Positions 61,813 to 64,000 of a DNA stretch of 64,000 nucleotides are shown piece after piece. The notes beneath the pieces were generated by a model, which searched no databases, had not been told where the DNA came from, and was given only the letters and a program-made list of their open reading frames with translations. The translations under genes and the position numbers were made by a program. Numbering within the stretch: position 1 is the first letter of the stretch; the number at the start of each line of letters is the position of its first letter. This stretch comes from Microcoleus sp. (GTDB lineage Bacteria > Cyanobacteriota > Cyanobacteriia > Cyanobacteriales > Microcoleaceae): assembly GCA_052279835.1 (NCBI GenBank), contig CP181291.1, positions 6,240,001 through 6,304,000 of the forward strand. Direction: 5' to 3'.

Positions 61813-64000
61813 TTAGTTTTTCTGAGCCGAAAAAACCTGAGATTGCTGATTTTTGGCTTTTTTCTGCCGCAGCGCTTCCATATAGGTATAAACCACCGGC
61901 GTTAAATACAGCGTCACAATTTGGGAAAACAGCAAACCACCGACGATCGCAATTCCCAACGGGCGGCGGGCTTCCGAACCATCACCCAGTCCCAGGGCGA
62001 TCGGCAAAGTTCCCATCAAAGCCGCCGCCGTCGTCATCATAATCGGGCGAAAGCGCGTCAAGCAAGCGGCAAAAATAGCATCCATCGGGTTTTTGCCTTC
62101 TTTTCGCTGCGCTTCTACAGCAAAATCCACCATCATAATGCCATTCTTTTTCACAATTCCTACTAATAAAATGATGCCGATAAACGAGTAAACATTTAAC
62201 TCAACATCAAAGATAACTAAAGTCAATAAAGCACCAAATCCCGCCGACGGTAAACCCGAAAGAATCGTAATCGGGTGAATGAAATCCTCGTAAAGAATAC
62301 CCAGAATGAGATAAATCACCAGAATCGACACCAACAACAGCAACCCCAAATCATTAAACGACTGCTGAAAAGCTTGGGCAGAACCTTGGAAACTAGGAGT
62401 AACAGTCGTCGGCAAAATTGCCTGCGCCACTTGCTTAATCGCATCCGTCGCTTGATTTAAAGATACTCCCGGTGCGACATCAAAAGAAATCGTAGCCGAA
62501 GGAATTCCCCCCAAGTGTGCCACAGTCAGAGATCCGACATTTTCAGATATTTGGGCGATCGCACTTAAAGGTACCTGTTGCCCGGAACTCGAAGCCACAT
62601 AAAGCAACGACAAAGCGCTAGGATTTCGCTGGTATTGCGGTGCGACTTCTAAAATTACATAAAACTGGTTATTCGCAGTATACATTGTAGAAACTTGACC
62701 CGAACCAAAAGCAGCGCTCAAGGTTTGCTCCACTTGTTCTACACTAATACCCAGGCTGGCTGCTTTGTTGTGGTCAACTTTAACTTGTACTTGAGGAGTG
62801 CTCAATTGCAAGTCGCTATCAACCTGGCGAATTCCCGGCAAGGTCTTGACTTTTTCTAACAGTTGCGGTACGTATTCTCTGAGTTCTTCCGGGTTTAAAC
62901 TCTGCACGGTAAACTGATACTGAGAATTAGTTTGCTGTCCGCCGATCGGAATAGCAGTGGGAGAACGCAAAAACACTTTAATTCCCGGTATCCCTCTCAG
63001 CTTAGGAGTCAGTTTTTGGATAATTTCATCGGAATTGAGGCTGCGTTGCGATCGGGGTTTTAAGCGAATAGTAATACGGCCTGAGTTGACGGATGCGTTA
63101 GGCCCGCTAGCACCGACCGTCGAGTTCATAGCAGCAATATTCGGGTCTTTACGCAGGATATTAACTACTTTTTGTTGATGCCGCAGCATATCGTCAAAGG
63201 AGATATTTTGGGCTGCTTTGGTATTCGCCATAATTTGTCCCGTGTCTTCGTTGGGGATAAATCCTTTGGGAACGATAGTAAATAAATAAACAGTGGCAAA
63301 TAACAAAACAACAGACAAAGCCAGAGTAGCGAAACGGTATTTTAAAACTGGTTTGAGAGTGAACTCGTAGCCACGCAACAACAAATCAAAAGCTTTTTCG
63401 GAAACCCGGTAAAACCAACTTTGCTGTCCGTGAAAAGCAGTCAAAAAACGCGAACAAAGCATCGGCGTGAGACTGAGAGAAACAAAACCCGATACGAGAA
63501 TCGCCACTGCCAGAGTCACCGCAAATTCATGAAACAGCCGGCCCAACAATCCCCCCATAAACAGCAGGGGAATGAATACAGCTACCAAGGAAAGAGTCAT
63601 CGACAAAATAGTAAAACCGATTTCCTTCGATCCGTTGAGGGCTGCTTCCATAGCCGATTCTCCTGTTCCCTGTGGCGGACAATATTTTCGAGTACCACGA
63701 CAGCATCATCCACCACAAAACCCACAGAAAGCGTTAAAGCCATCAAGGATAAATTGTCTAGGGAGTAGCCCAACAAATACATCACAGCAAACGTACCGAG
63801 AATGGCGATCGGCAGCGCCAAACTCGGAATTAGCGTTGCCCTCAAATCCCGCAGGAACAGGAAAATCACTACAACTACCAGACAAACCGATAAAAACAAA
63901 GTGAATTTCACATCATCTATAGAAGCCCGGATTGACAGAGAGCGATCGTACAAAATACCAACTTCGATCGACTTGGGTATTTGCGATCGCAAAGTAGGGA
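61813..64000 (-). CDS. RND efflux permease (AcrB/MdtBC-like), partial, with an apparent -1 frameshift near 63662
   Basis: [35 protein letters not shown]. Two ORFs join if one G is added ([11 protein letters not shown]). Confidence 0.88.

Overview
Chromosomal window from a filamentous cyanobacterium (Oscillatoriales/Microcoleus-like, inferred from frequent HIP1 GCGATCGC sites, heptameric STRR tracts and gene content). Housekeeping and envelope genes include a ROK kinase, mltA, three GT39-type glycosyltransferases, Omp85, plsC and an RND permease. There are two tandem DUF4347/beta-helix/PT-linker/RTX surface proteins. An accessory block of about 11 kb (15.6-26.75 kb) is bracketed by a shared 28-nt palindrome arm. 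It encodes two secreted Cys-scaffold proteins, a COP23 protein, two trypsin-like proteases and barrel-less porin-type SLH proteins. These are transcribed divergently from a split HTH-STAND + TPR pair, with an 11-bp tandem repeat between the two units. A dense signalling region follows: an ethylene-receptor/DXCF-cyanobacteriochrome hybrid kinase with a REC-adenylate cyclase, a partner-switching cluster with two near-identical SpoIIE domains around a nucleoside hydrolase and a cyclase output, a soluble NarX-like kinase, and a LOV-GGDEF-EAL protein. IS200/IS605 (TnpB) remnants and MITE-like repeats are scattered through the window, one of them in frame inside the Omp85 gene. No CRISPR array, rRNA or tRNA was recognised. 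All family calls come from motif recognition by eye; no searches were run.
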